DNA of 64,000 nt, from positions 1,815,236-1,879,235 of the forward strand of contig MU053472.1 in the NCBI GenBank assembly GCA_013239625.1. The letters run 5' to 3'. This DNA is from Lama guanicoe (Eukaryota). Below the pieces are notes generated by a model. It saw only the letters and a list, made by a program, of their open reading frames with translations. It was not told where the DNA came from and searched no databases. Each line of letters starts with the position of its first letter. Positions within the stretch are counted from its first letter, which is position 1. Positions 12,381 to 26,360 of this stretch are shown here, piece after piece. The translations under genes were made by a program, and so were the position numbers.

Positions 12381-15300
12381 AGTATGCAAAGATAGTTTGG
12401 TATTGTTAATGTTCTCAGCAGATTTTTTTGGCCCCCACCTAAATACTAATTTAGGGACAGTACTGAATAGCCCGCACCCACTACTTTAATCTCAACAAAA
12501 ATTATGCACGTGCCTCTTCCAGGGATGGGTATGAAATGGGAAATTTTGCTGGCTAGATGTTGTTACATGAGTGAGGAAAAATTTCCCAGAGTGTTTGATA
12601 CAACTTTAAGGCTGGGAGTGGAACAGGGGAGGCTTCCTGAAAATCTTTCTAACGTTCACTCAGGCTCCTCTTGGTTCTGAGCCAAATAACAAACCCTTCA
12701 GTTGAATTTTTCTGTCCAGACACTGGCTTAAATGAAGGTATACTTAACTTGGAAATATCATTTCAGCTTTTGGCTGGAAGAGCTATTGTAGAGAAGCTTC
12801 TTTAGATGTGAAGCCATGAGGGAGTTCTCTGAGTACACGCATTTTCACACATCTGCTAATGCAAAAGCCCCAGTGTGAGCATTAGTACTCAGGAATGTGA
12901 TGTGGATTTGAGATGATCTCCCCAGGATTTTGGCAGGTCAGGACAAACATTATCTTGCTCCCATATGTTTTTGTAGGATCTTAAAAGGGAAATCATATAC
13001 ATTTCCTTAAACTGACATGCTGAATTTTCCCACATACCCCCCAAAACCCTCTCAGCACAGATAAATTCGGGAATATGTATATATGACATTCATATATTTA
13101 GCATCTGTTGTCAATACAACAATATAAGCTGATGGCTATTGGGAGTCACAGACAGTTTGCATTTACTTTGATTTATGTTTAAACGGCTTATTTCAGAAAA
13201 CCTGGCCCAACAGACACAAACTGTGAAAGAGCCCACTTTTAGAGTAAGTCCTTTTAATTTTTTTTCTACTCTGCGTTTCCTTAGGCACAGCATCCATGGG
13301 TCCATGGGGCTCGAGTCCCTCATTGTCACTCTTTCCCCACGGATGGCACTGTTTCCCCACATGGACACTTGTCTGGACACATTCAGTGTAAAAGACAACT
13401 GTGCAGCTAGGAAATTCAAATGCAATAATAATGATAACACATACTGTGTACAAAGCCGTATCTGTTTTTTATCACCGTTGAGCAAACCCAGTCCTGTTTC
13501 ATATGGAGTTTGACAAACAGTAGGCGCTCCCTGAACGTTGACTAACCTTTTCCTAAGTCTCTTCGTTCCTCAGTCTCTAGTCCCTCTCGAGAGTGATATG
13601 TAATCTGCCCAGTAGTTTCGCTCCTTTTCTCTGCAAGTATATTACTAAAAGTTGAGCAAAGATAGCACCTGCTTCAGCCACGTAATGGCTCCTTGCTCCA
13701 AGGATAGCACATTGGTTGATTCTCACTGGCACAAAAGCTGATACATTTAGTCTATTTCATTCTGTATCACAGCCAGGCTCTCTTGTAGGATTGAACCTAA
13801 TTTTGTAATGGTAATAATCCATAATCACTAGTTGTTTTCATGTTTTGTAGATGAGTTTTGTTGCTACAGTGTCTTGTACCTAATCAAATGGTCTTATAGC
13901 TGCTTATACCACATAGTTTTGAAGCTATCACATGTTATTTAAAAGTAGTGTCTGGGATGTATTTCTTCTTCTTTTTTTTTTTTTCCTCCCAACATTTGGA
14001 GGGAGGTCAGACATCTTTGACCTCATTTCTTTTACTTTTATTTTGTGTTTATTTATCCCCAATTGTTTCCTGTTGGATTGTATAGCTGGAAAAATGGTTT
14101 CTACCTGGTAGGATTCTGCTCACAAAGGGAAACACAGAGAGGCAATTTATCAATCTAACATATTAACAAATAATTGGTCTTGAATTTTTTTCCCCTGATG
14201 TCTTGGTGAGCCACCAAGGTCATGTAGCTTTACTTGGTCTGAATTTATCAGTCTGTAAAAGTAGGGATTATAATAATATATCTTCCCTATTTGTTGACTT
14301 CATTCTGTTCTAGAATTGTTATATATTTATATTTTTTAAGATCTTGTGATTCATGAAAATATTGGTTTCGTATCAGCTCTTATTTCATTGCATGTTGGTA
14401 CTTTGATTTTTGTTCTTACATCCACTGTTGCTTTTTATTAGGAATAACACGGAAAACTTTTTCTTTTTTTTCCACTAGCTTTCCTTTCCTTTATAACATA
14501 AATACTTAATTACATAAAAATGTTCTTCTGTCTAAACTATGTAAGATTTTCAGTCCTTTGAAAAAATGGTTATAGTCAATTTTCCATATATTACTCAACA
14601 TTAGAGATCTGCCTGCCAAATGATCCCAGGTGTGGAATTGCAGCAGGTAATTTCCTGAGCTGTATGGTACAGATGATTTTCTGTGTTAGAAGATGCTGTC
14701 GGCTCACCTGGCCTCTTAGTGACAGAGAAATCCTTTGTTTATTCATTTAGTAGGCAGATTAACCCTAATGAATATTGGCTTCCTGGAAATAGATACAGGT
14801 GACAATGGCAAAGTGAGGAGTGGGGAGAAGTAAGACAAATTCCCTTTTCTTTCTTCACTTATAAATAATGGTGGCTTTCATTGGAGAATGTTTTAAATCG
14901 AAAAGGAATGCAAAATATTTTAGTTTAAAAGCTAGATTTAAATAATCAACCTTTAATTTTTAGTTTTGAACATGTGTACATGTATCTTCTTTTGAGAAGA
15001 ACTTAAGATTTTCTAACTTCGGCAAGCAAGTTAAAAACTTTGTCTTTGCAATTAGAGTTAAGTGAAAATATTTAATTAAGTACTTCATGCTGGTTTGGAC
15101 AGAACAAGTCATTTGAACAGGAAAATGCAACTCTAACATGTCCTCACACTCAGTTTAAATTCTGTGACTTGAAAAAGTGTGTCATTCATCAGCTTCTCCC
15201 AGCACAGGAAGGAAAAGGCACTGTGCTGTGTTCATTTCTAGAGTGTGTTCTTACTGCTTCAGTGACGTATTTATTTGTTTTCTCAGGAGCAAAGATGAAA

Positions 15301-17230
15301 GACTAATATAGCCATTAGAAGATTATTCATAGAATCATACTATAAATTATAAGAAGTTTGTAAAATTAAGCTATTTAAAATTCTTTGCTTCGTTATAACT
15401 TTGAGCGATATTGGCAAAAATCATTTTTATGAATAGAATTCTGGGTATTTGATGTAATTTTCAACAATGTATGATGAAATGACGTGTGTGTGATTGCAGC
15501 TCTTAAGATTTGCTTACTGAAGGAAGGAGCGTTTTACAACATTTTTCTGTGAATGGTTTTGGAGATACATTATTCCCAAGACATGAATGCATAGACACAG
15601 ATGTGAAAATCTCTTAACGTTCTACCAAACTTTTCCAGATCTTACAGCTATAATTTATTCTGCGCTCTCCAAAGACTCCCCAAATGTCTTCTTTTACATA
15701 ACTTTATTCATTGGAGGAAAAGTTAAAATTCTTCCCCTCCACATGCTACACGTTGAAGATAGGCTTTTTCATGATGCATTTTGTAGTTGACTGTAAAAGC
15801 TCTAGAATTTCAAGGGAGAAGTGAAAAAGCAGAGTTTATCTTTCTCTGAAGATTTAAAATTTATGATTTTTCCTAGCTACAGTGTTGCTATTCTGCTTGA
15901 ATTGTGTTATGGAGAGTTCCGAATAATGTGAGATATATATGTATCGGAGGCAGTAATAAATTCTGAATGAATCTTTTGGTTTTTACTTAAGATTACTTTA
16001 TCCTTAAAACTAATGTTTCTATAACCTCTGACCGAATGCAGAAGATCCAAAGTACTTCTAAGGGTGAGAATTTTTCCTGGCCTCGTGTGAGTAGTTTAAT
16101 TCATTCCAATTGCGTGGTACGGTATGGCATGTGATGGGAGCACATCAGAGGTATGTTTCCATTTACATATCACCTTGCCAAAATATGATGCAATCCTTTA
16201 CTGACTTGTCCAAAACGCTGGAGAAGGAGAGAGCATTGTATATGCGTCATATTATCTTCACAGGAACCACTGCCTGTGTTAACTGGATTCTCCTTTCCTT
16301 TCAGTGGAAAACCAGAGGACAACAGTCATTATATGATTTTGTATTTTAAGTATTTTCATAATCCAACATAAATTGGCCCACCCAAGGATTATGTCTGTCT
16401 TATAAAGATGTGTTTACATAGTCATTGGGTGAAAGATTGCAGAAGTTGAACCACTAGTTTTGAAAGTTGAGCCAGACCAGGAAAAATCAGGATACAATTT
16501 GGCACTTATGGAGACGAAATGATTTCCTTTTTAGCTGCTGATTTCTACTGGGAAATGTATCCTTGGACTGAAAATTGCATCCGGAAAAATGTTTATGTAG
16601 TGTTTTTCAAATGACTGATTATTCTTCTAACCTTTAACATGAACTGTGTCTAATTTTGGTCTCTTTTAACTCTTTCATGACTAGGGGATTTTTCTCTTTG
16701 TGGGAAAAAGACTAGTAACAAACGTATTTTTACTACTTTGAATACAGAAATGTCTTACGTGATGACAGTGACAGAAAATATGTTAAGATTTCTTCTTGAG
16801 TTATTTTTCTCAGCAGTTAGTACAATGTCCTAAGTCCACCCTTTTTCACAAGTTTTTAATTTTTAAAATAGGTCAGATCTTTAGAGAATAGTTTGTCTTC
16901 TTGAGCAGGTCCGTTTCCCTGTCTTACTGCATCGCCACCTGCACGTGAGAAGTAGAAGCTTCTTGACATTTTTGTGGGTAATATTTGACCCATGGAGTCT
17001 TCCCAAAGATCGGTACTATCTATATTCTTTTTCTTTTACATTTGGTGACTTTTCTGGCTAAATGATTGTCCATCCTAAATGACACAAGTCTCTGCTCCCT
17101 GCTATCGCTACTTTTGGACCTAAATTAACAGAAGTCTCACCGCCAAATCATTGCAAGTGACCACAGCAGAGGGAAGGGGACACTGGAGGTCTCACACTGG
17201 TCACTTCTGCTCACAACTCATGGGTTAGAA

Positions 17231-17414
17231 CTGTGCCTTCCAGTGCAATAGCCACGAGCACCATTTGGTTAACGAGATTTAAATGAGTGAAAATTAATTA
17301 AAGTTTGTTTTTCAGTCCCTCAGTTGCACTAGCCACATTGTACGTCTACCATATTGGACAACACAAAGTCTAGGACATTTCCATCATCACAGAAAGGTCT
17401 GTTTGAGACTTCTG
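17231..17414. mobile_element. MER3-like hAT-Charlie element
   Basis: CTCAGTTGCACTAGCCACATT...CTACCATATTGGACAACAC...ACATTTCCATCATCACAGAAAGGTCT. Confidence 0.75.
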
Positions 17415-18538
17415 GACTGGTCTCCCATTAGTCTTCCCCATCTTTAAGGCGATGTGGAGGTACAAGCTCAGAGGTGGAAAAGAAGCAAATTTTACTGAAC
17501 TGCAATCATGTCTAACACCATTGGTAAACTATATGCTTGCAAATACTCCTGAGATGCTCTGTATCCTTTTTCCTCCTCTTGTTTCTTTTCTTTTCTTTTT
17601 TTTTTTTGTGGGAGAGTGGGTTAAAATATCTGGAGGGTGATCTAAATACATATATCCATGCATATATACTTACGTATACTGCTTCTTGCTGCATGAGAAA
17701 GAAAAGAAGCATACAGTTGACACTAACATTTTTGCCAAGGGGGAGGCCTTATGTTTGACATCCCTTTGAAAGAAGAATCTGCTGCGTTCGTGTGGCTCTG
17801 GAGAAGATATTCAGGAAAGAAACACCACAATTCCCATTGAGCTCAGAAAATGTGATTAAGGAATTTGAATGTAATTACCCAAAGTTTGGCTTTTCTTTTA
17901 AGGAACCCATTCATTTTAGAGTTTCCTTGATACTGTAAATCTGACAACCAAATCTGGGTTGTTTTTGGAAGACTTCCACCAGGAATGGTGTCAGTCAGGG
18001 ATGAGCACATAAAAAGGAAGCCCAGGCAGCAGAGACAGCCCGAGCAATATGCTGTTTTGACGTGATTTGATCTGTGGCTGATATACAGAGGGGTGTTTAG
18101 TGGAACGTGCAGAATTTTGTTCGAGATTTGTGTCTTCTAATGATTGGCATACAAGCTAATTTAAATGAAAAGTGTGACAACTGTAAATAGACATTTGGGT
18201 AAATCACACTGCAGTTATTTCCGAACACAGTAATAATCATAGATTTGGAAAGGTTTCTGTGCTTTCAGAGACCAAGTTCTTTTTACCCAGAGATGATGGA
18301 TTAGAATGTGACAAGTGATGAGAAACCTTGAGTCCTTCTCTGTCCTAAATGGTTTGACGGCTGTGTAAAGTCCCCAGAAAGCACGTAACCCAGCAAAGTT
18401 TGTGACAGAAACTGTTAACCATCCTTTCTTTGGTGTTTCTGCACTATCTTGTCAAACATCTGGAAATCGGCATATTTGTCATCTCACAACATGATTTTGC
18501 ATTTACATCATTGTGCAAGCTGGTAAAAGTTGAGGTTT

Positions 18539-18570
<32 letters not shown>

Positions 18571-20123
18571 TGGAAAAAAACATCAGCAACTTTTGGTCTG
18601 TCACAAGGTCAAGTGATGATTAGTGATGCCGTCTCTCCTAAACACATGTTTAGCCCAGAAAAGTTAAATCAGTTTCCAAAAATTTGGTAACCATTAGTGT
18701 GCTTCCTAAGTCACTTCCGGATGTCAGGCCTAAGGTGGAGGGGGGCGGGGGGGACAGGGCTATATTGAGTTCCCTGCAGTTTTTTACCAAAGGGACTTAA
18801 TTTGGCAGCTGATCCCAGCCAGGGAAACACTCACGCAAGGGCAGAGCTAGACAGGAAACACTTCTGAAAGTGCTGTTTTGATAGAGGATCATGAGATCAG
18901 GCAAAGAGCTGTGAACTTTCTACACAGCCCAGGCGGTGTGGCACTAGGCTAGCCACCTGAGGGTATGGAATAAGAAAGGAAATGAAAGGAGGAAGACCGT
19001 TATCACTTGCATGCAGTTTTCTTTTCTCAAAAGAGGAATGCTAAAAATGATGAAATGCTTTGAAGCAGAGGAACATAACTGATGAATTTTGTTGTTGTTA
19101 ACTGTTTTTTTGGTTTTGCTTCAACATTCCGCTGTTACCGTTTCACCTTTACATTTTTAACATGATTGTTAGCTCAGCTACAAGAACTTACCTCATCAAT
19201 CCCAGCCATCCCTTTATAGCTCTGAGAAGAGCTGTCTTCCAAGGAAAACACTGCATTGAGCAAAGGTTGTACTTTGGGGAGACGGACGTTTTATAATGAT
19301 AAGGTTTGACAACTTGCTCTGGTCGCCATGTGTCTCCCAGGCCTGCCGGTGGGTGGGTGTCTGTCAGGAATGAGAATGCATCTGAGAGGGGCTGCTCTAT
19401 AGCAGGCAGACTTGATGTTCAACTTCCAAGGCTTTGAGCCTCCTCACAGCGCAGAAGAGCTAGGAGGGGCTTTGCGTGACGTCGAGGACACCCCGAGGTC
19501 CCGTGCAGGGCTGGGCAGAGCCTCAGTTATAGAGCGGTTGTTGGACACCTTTCGCTCTCCCGTGGACTTCCCCATGTTCTTCTGTGCCCATATTTAGAAA
19601 CTACAACTTGATTTCTTTCTACAGAAGCCATTTTTGTGTGTAAGGCAGACTTGTGCGTTTCTCACAGCAGATCATTAAGCTGCATCTGGCTTAATTGCAA
19701 CATTTAAAAGAAAAATCTAATCCGTATCGGTACTTAACAAAGCCTGCCGACGCTTCCCTCTAGAGCACGGGTGATCTTGGTCTGTCGTTTGTCAAGGCCA
19801 TGTTGATTCCGCAGCATTAGCACCCTGCCTCTGCTTCTGCGGCTCAGACAGCTGGCAGGTCCCCAGGAGCAGATGGATGATGCCCTCACGGCATCTGCCC
19901 AGTTGTTCTAATCACATATTTGGCAGACAGCTCAGAGACCCCCATTCTACTTCACTAAGTTTACACGACTAATTCTAAATTTACTGTAAATACTTTTTTT
20001 CTCTAAAGCTCTTTAAACTTTTTATTATTACCTAATAATCATCGTGTAAGTATCCCTCTCAATTCTAACTTCCAGAGCGCCTTAAAAACCAACAAGTAAT
20101 GACTGCACCCAACTACGTTCCCA

Positions 20124-20293
20124 GTTCCTACTATATAGCACAGGGAACTATATTCAATATTTTGTAGTAACCCCTGTACTGTAAAAGAATATGAAAGCAA
20201 ATATATGTATGTAAATGTATGACTGGACTATTATGCTGTACCCCAGAAATTGACACAACATTGTAAACTGACTACATTTCAAATGAAAAAAAA
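20124..20293 (+). mobile_element. Short 3' end of an artiodactyl/camelid L1
   Basis: CCTACTATATAGCACAGGGAACTATATTCAATAT...TGCTGTACCCCAGAAATTGACACAACATTGTAAACTGACTAC followed by an A tract. Confidence 0.88.
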
Positions 20294-20301
20294 CTGATAA
20301 A

Positions 20302-20459
20302 GGGGGGAGGGTACAGCTCAAAGTGGTAGAGCGCATGCTTAACATGCACGAGGTCCTGGGTTCAATTCCCAGTACCTCCTCTAAAAAACAAAAAAAGCAA
20401 ATAAGTAAATAAACCTAATTACTTCCCTCCCTCAACAACAGTAAGTAAATAAAATTTTT
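20302..20459 (+). mobile_element. Vic-1-like SINE inserted in an L1 poly(A) tail
   Basis: A/B box head and AAACCTAATTACTTCCCTCCC tail. Imperfect TSD AAAAAACTGATAAA (20288-20301) / AAAAAATGATTAAA (20460-20473). Confidence 0.92.
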
Positions 20460-21444
20460 AAAAAATGATTAAAAAAAACCCCCAACAAATAAAATATCTT
20501 AACAGTTAACTATGAGAAATGAATCTGTACAATTTCCTTATTATCACTGATTCTCTTCTATCCAAAAGGATAATCAGTATACCCCAAGAGACCATCCCCC
20601 TAACCCACCACCATTCCTCAGACTGACCACTGAACTGACTCTTACTCACCCCTTACTTCAGCAGCGTCCATTATTGGTCCACAAATGTTGGTCTCTCTGA
20701 CCCTGTCGCTTCCCCCAGTTTATCCTGTGTAACGCTGAGAGAAACTTCTTCTTCAAATACTGCTTTTATCATGTCACTCTGGTTTTCAAGAACCTTTGAT
20801 TGCCTCCATTTTGTAGCATGAAGTCTAAGGATTTTGGACGAGGATTCAAAATTCGAGCCACACTTCTTGGATATCCCTTCTATAAACACCTGCACTCTGC
20901 TGACGTTCTTCTTTTTGGTTCAGTTGGGCTCCAAGCAGTTCAGATCCTAGAGCAATAAAAAGCCAACAAAGTTGGAACAGCGGTAGGTCTTGGCTTGTGG
21001 CCAGGCGTGTTGCCTTTACTGCCACACAGCGTCATGTGACCGGCTCAGTGTGTCACCTGTGATTTCTTCCCAGAGTCCATGCTGACCTCCCTTTGTCGTA
21101 GGCAGGCAGGTATAAAGCAGGTCTTCGGTGTGTCGTTAGAATAAAGTTAGCATCTGTTTTGGAAGCCATGGACGCAACTCTTGGCTTGCTAATTTGCATG
21201 CCACCCTCTAGTCTGCTTTTGGTATCTCAGGGGTGATTTCATATCTAAGATTATCTCCTAGGGTCCTGGAGGTGTTTGCCACCATCTGGATCAGTCTTCC
21301 TCTGAAAAGTGAATTTTCTCTGTTTTACATGAATCCTGTTAGCTCTTCAGCCTGTTAATGCTCTCAGAAAAGTTGTTTGTAATAATTTAATACTACTTTG
21401 AGTATAGGTTGCAGCATCTGTTTAATACATTCAGGAAAGATGTA

Positions 21445-21570
21445 AACCACATTTTACAGATGAAGAAACTGAAACTCAGGGTATTAGGTGCTTTGGCCGG
21501 TAAGTGAGTCAGTGGTGGATGCAGAACTGTGGCCCACATTTCCTTGCTCGTAGTCTACTCTTCTCTTCAC
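21445..21570 (-). mobile_element. MIR relic
   Basis: CATTTTACAGATGAAGAAACTGAAACTCAG MIR core. Confidence 0.75.
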
Positions 21571-24565
21571 TTTTCTCTCTTCTAAGTGGTGTTTTTTCAG
21601 CATTTGACTCATGCGTGAAATCTATAGTTGTGTAAGATGTTTGGAATCCTAGGTTCTAGAGTAAATTCTGCTGCTAACCAGGTCTGCTGACTTCCATCAA
21701 GTCCATTTAATCTTTTTCTCAGATTATTTCTAAGATCCTTTTCAGTGAAAAAAAAAAATACAATGTGTTCATAATTTTATAACTCTAATTCCATTTAAGC
21801 AAACTAACATTCGTATTATAGATATTTGAGAGTTGTCACCTGGAATTTTTTTGTTTCATTTCCTAAGCACATCACCAAAACAAGAGGTGAGAAGGGGAGT
21901 TTCTGACTTTGTTTTAACAATTTTAATTTATCACCTGTCCCTCTGCCTTGGTCGTACTAGGTTTTGAATTAGGTAGCGAAATCAGTAAGCTGGGGGTACA
22001 AATTTCAGTTCATTAAGCAAACTCATCATCTACCTTCCATCGCTGAAATAAAACTATCTTCCAGTCTCTTACAATGAAGTGTGAACAATTTGCATTTGAG
22101 ATTTTGAAGTAAGTCCTAGGCCTTGGAGTCCCATCGCACCTTCACTGACTTATTATTTCTACATAAAGGCCTTTCTTCCTTGAGGCCTGTGAGCCCCCAG
22201 GCCTTTTCAGCATAGTGTTCTGCACGTCTCTGTTTTTCTTTCCCTGGGAGTGCTGATTAGTGACTTGCGGTGTGGATTCTGATTTATCGCAGACCAGAGC
22301 TGCCCCTTAGGGGCTGAGCAGAAACACTCACGAAGGAGCCCTGATTAAAAAGAGTAGTAATGAAGACAAATGTTTCAGAGGGAGTTGAGAGAAAACCAGG
22401 CCTTGGCATTCCCCGCAGCTCCTCTGAGCTTTTGTGAAGGAGGTAGTGGTAGCCAAAGGAAATATTTCTCCTTTGTTGTTTATTTCTTATGGCACTGGAA
22501 GCATTTTTCTTTTCCTCCTGGGTGTTCTAATTCTCACTTGTTAACTGCTTTTCATGCAGGGTTGCAATTAACCCCTGGCAAATTCCTCACCACGTTCCCC
22601 ATATAGCCACTCCTTCCCCAAAGACGTTTTTCATGCTTCGACCTAGAACCATTTTAAAATTCTTCAGACTTGACACATTTGCCTAATTTCTTGAAGATCA
22701 TTAAATCATGCTTCTGGTTTTTTGATCCAGTGATTTTTACCAAATTTGAGGGTAGGTGCATGTATTCACCTTCCCTTCGTGTTTTTTACAAGCCACAGTG
22801 CCAGTAGAAAGAACAGATTTCTACTCGCTTGGTAATTTTAATTGTAACTAGGTCAGAAGTTCCAAACCTAGCGTTATGTCCATGACTGAAGACATCATTC
22901 CAAAGTACTTGAGTCTAAGTGGAAATGTTGCAAGTAAGTGTCATCACTTGATCCAGGTCTCCAGTTATCCAACGAATCAGGGGTCTTACTATCTGTGGTC
23001 ATGTGAGCTATAATCCACTGCCTGGTCAAACCCAACCACAATTCTGTTTCTTTTCAGAAGATTACCTAATATTGGTATTCATGGTAAGGATGTAGACTGT
23101 TTGTGACAGACTTACACAGTGAGTCTCTGAACTACATTGAATGGCCAAGATGCCATTAACAGAGCATTTATGGAGGGAGAAAGATGAAGTACCATGCATG
23201 CCAGGGACTATTCTGGTGGGCAAGAGCAAACACTGTGCACGTACCTGGCTAGTGTGCTGCATTCTTTGTTCAAAGCTGAGCAGGCAAGATGGAGAGAAGG
23301 AAAGACAGAAAATAAAGCATACAGCCCAAGCCCTGCCTCTATCAGTAAGAAGCTCCTTGGAACATCCACATGGGTTAACAGCGAAATCTTAAAGAATTCA
23401 AGCAAAGTTCAGAAAATGCCACCACCCCTGATTGATCTGACCCTACTGAAAGCTTTGATTTCCAGAGGCAGGTAGTGGTTTCTGATCCAATCAAGTGGTT
23501 CCTGTTGTGGGCGAGAAAGTCTCCGGGTGCCTAGAGAACCTTGTCAAATATCCAAGGTTAAAGGAAAATTCAAATCAAACCCAGTCAGATGAACAAAGCT
23601 GATGAAAAGATAGACTCATTTGTGTGAGAGGAGCCTTTAAAGTTAGCCTTCTGGCCTTTCTACTTCTGTCTGAAGGCAAGACAAAAGCAAAGAAAAAAAA
23701 AAAAACAGCAGAAACAAACTCTGAGCTTGGGGGTTCTCAGACAGAAGGGAGAATTCGCAGTCATCCCATTCTGCTGAACAGCGAGATTAAAGACCAACAT
23801 TAAAGATTAAAGAGCGCTCATTGAGAGAAGACTTGGGTAAAACCTTTCACACTTAGGTTGTTTCTATTGAGGTTTAGTCCCTCTGAACTCTTCCCCAACT
23901 GTAAAGGCGAGGTCAAGCGCTGAGTCTAGGCTAAATGATGTCAAGTGCAAGGGCTGTTAAGGAAAGGCCAGAAACTGCTGCAGCGCATCTGGCAACAGAT
24001 GAAGATTTAGGCTGCTGGAGTAATTGCCAAGTTCGTAGGATTACTTCAGGAGCGTGCTCCGGGGTAGTAGAATTCCATGCAAAATTTAAGCCATTTGACA
24101 TTACTTCCATGTTAACTGGGGAAGAAAGACTCTTTCAGGAATTTCTAAGACTGAACCAAATTCCCCCTCAAGTACTGATGGACTCTTCCTGGTCTTAAAC
24201 ATTGGCATACGGCTCTTTATTTTTCCTGGCTTCGAACAGGCATATTAAGATTTCATGGATATCTGAATCTCTCTTTGAGTATCTGGGAACACATCAGAGA
24301 AACCAGATAGAAAAGAGGGAAAAGGAAATAGGTTATTTCCTTAGCCTTCTGAAGCAAATGAATTGAAAGGGGGCTTTCTGTGACGTTCATTGGCCCACAA
24401 CTGCCTGGAATCTCCAAAAACACCGTCTTTTGTTCCTTATTGTGTCATCTTTAACAAAGCGTTTCACAGACACGTTTAGCACAGTTTTTACGTATATATT
24501 CTCAGGATTCATGGGAACTGAGTTGGAGAGACTGAAGCATTGGAAGACTTATTAAACTGATTTGA

Positions 24566-24768
24566 GGGGGGAGGGTATAGCTCAGTGGTAGAGTACTTGC
24601 CTAGCATGCACAAGGTCCTGGGTTCAATCCTCAGCACCTCCATTAAAATAAAAAGTAAATACAGCTAAATTACCTACACCCCACACACAAAAAAGTATAC
24701 AGTGCTGTATGTCAATTATATCTCAATACAACTAGAAGGGAATTTTTTTAAATTAAAAAAGTAATTAA
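24566..24768 (+). mobile_element. Vic-1-like SINE with an L1-terminus-like 3' extension
   Basis: Canonical head GGGGGGAGGGTATAGCTCAGTGGTAGAG...GGTTCAATCC. Candidate TSD AAACTGATTTGA (24554-24565) / AAAATAATTTGA (24769-24780). Confidence 0.88.
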
Positions 24769-24991
24769 AAAATAATTTGAAATTGGGGTATATATACTAA
24801 TGAAGGAAAAGGTGAGGTAGAGTTTGCCTAATTTGGAAGGTAAATATTTTGCTTGTTAATCTGCTTCCGTCTGGTATGGGCCGTCAGTATGGTTTGATAG
24901 GAGTCAAGTTCACAACAAATATAAGAGCAGTTTACACACATTTCTCCAAAAGATGGACAGAGGAAATACAACTTCACAGTGGAAGAATAAG

Positions 24992-25195
24992 ATAATAATA
25001 ATAGTGAACATCTATTGAGTTTTGAAAATATGTGCTAGTCACTACTCGATACTTTGTGAGCATTATCTCATTTAATCTCCATTTTATAAATTAGGAAATG
25101 GAGGTTTTGGCAGAATTAATTCAGCTCATGGGCTGGTGCAGTCAGGACTCCAAAGCAGGCCTGTTCAACTCCAAAGCCCTCGCTCTTTAAACCAT
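24992..25195 (-). mobile_element. MIR relic
   Basis: ATAATAATAATAGTGAACATCTATTGAG...CATTATCTCATTTAATCTCC...GGAAATGGAGG. Confidence 0.75.
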
Positions 25196-26360
25196 CCCCC
25201 CGTCTGACCTCAGTCAGTCGGTCCATTTATGTAATGTGAGGGTTGGACTGTGCAATTTCTAGATTCTGTTGGTTCTTGAATTTTAGAAAAGTATCTTCGA
25301 GTTGGGAGAACTTTGCTGTGGTGAACCATTTAGAGAGAAGCTGAAGGAGCGATTGTAATGACATTTCATGTTAATGACACCTAACCTCGAGTGAGCCCAC
25401 ACTGTACACCCAGGCACCATGCAATTAAATTACAAACAGATCAATTAATCCTCCAAACAGTCCTTCTGACGTATGTTTAGTGTCCCTAAGAAAGATCGTA
25501 ATTATTCATAAAGAGCCACATCAAAGATGTAAAAGACAGTTGTTTAGATTTGAAATGGCTTTACTTACAATAGTATACCATTGTGGCTATTAAAAGTAAT
25601 AAAAATCGGAGTCAGGAAGAAACAAGATTTTTTAAAGTACTATTTCTACAGATTAGTACTCTGTACTTTTAAACAGTTTTTTTTTTAAATAATACATTTT
25701 TAAAATTTAGTAACAGTGCCGTGTTTTTGTCACAATATGAATTCATGTTATCAGACTGCTCTCTTGAAAATAGTCCCAAATTATAGGTAAGAGGTTTCCA
25801 GGAGCTTAAAGTTTCTGGCGTCTGACTTAGGAGACTATCAAGACTGAGACAGTGCGAACGCCTGACCTGTGGGTCAAGTCGTACGTCTCATATTGACATG
25901 ATGAGGTATTTGGTACTTTTCTTCATTGTAACGGATGATTATAAATATGGAGTTGTTTCTTAATAGCTGGTACTTTTTGTCACTTAGCCCTAATTCGTTT
26001 AATTCAAGGACATACTCTGTCAGTACTGGGGAGTTAGTTTAAGGATGACTTTGCTGCAGTAATCAGATTACATTAGTGTCAAGTGCCCACTAATTATGAA
26101 GAAATTTATATCTGCATTAGGTAAATGTCATTTCACCGCAGTAGCCTGAAATTAGCTTTTCATTCCTTTAGTTAGCCTACCACCTCGTTGTAAGTATCAC
26201 AAGCAAGCTATTGACCAAATTCAGGCCCAAGTCCATCTGTCTTTAACAGGAGGAGCTAGCAGACGGTCAGTACTTCCAGAGATCCAAAGAGAAATGCCCT
26301 GCTCCCTTTTTCACCTGATCAGCTAACGTGTCACCTAGAAGTCCTGTGCATTCACTCTAG

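Noticed and set aside
13111..13513. Three overlapping ORFs of 86-124 aa
   Set aside because: No recognisable protein similarity or convincing exon structure; the end overlaps L2-like sequence. Consistent with chance.
24566..24650. tRNA gene interpretation of the SINE heads
   Set aside because: The copies are diverged, share a non-tRNA tail and have TSDs, so they are SINEs rather than functional tRNAs.
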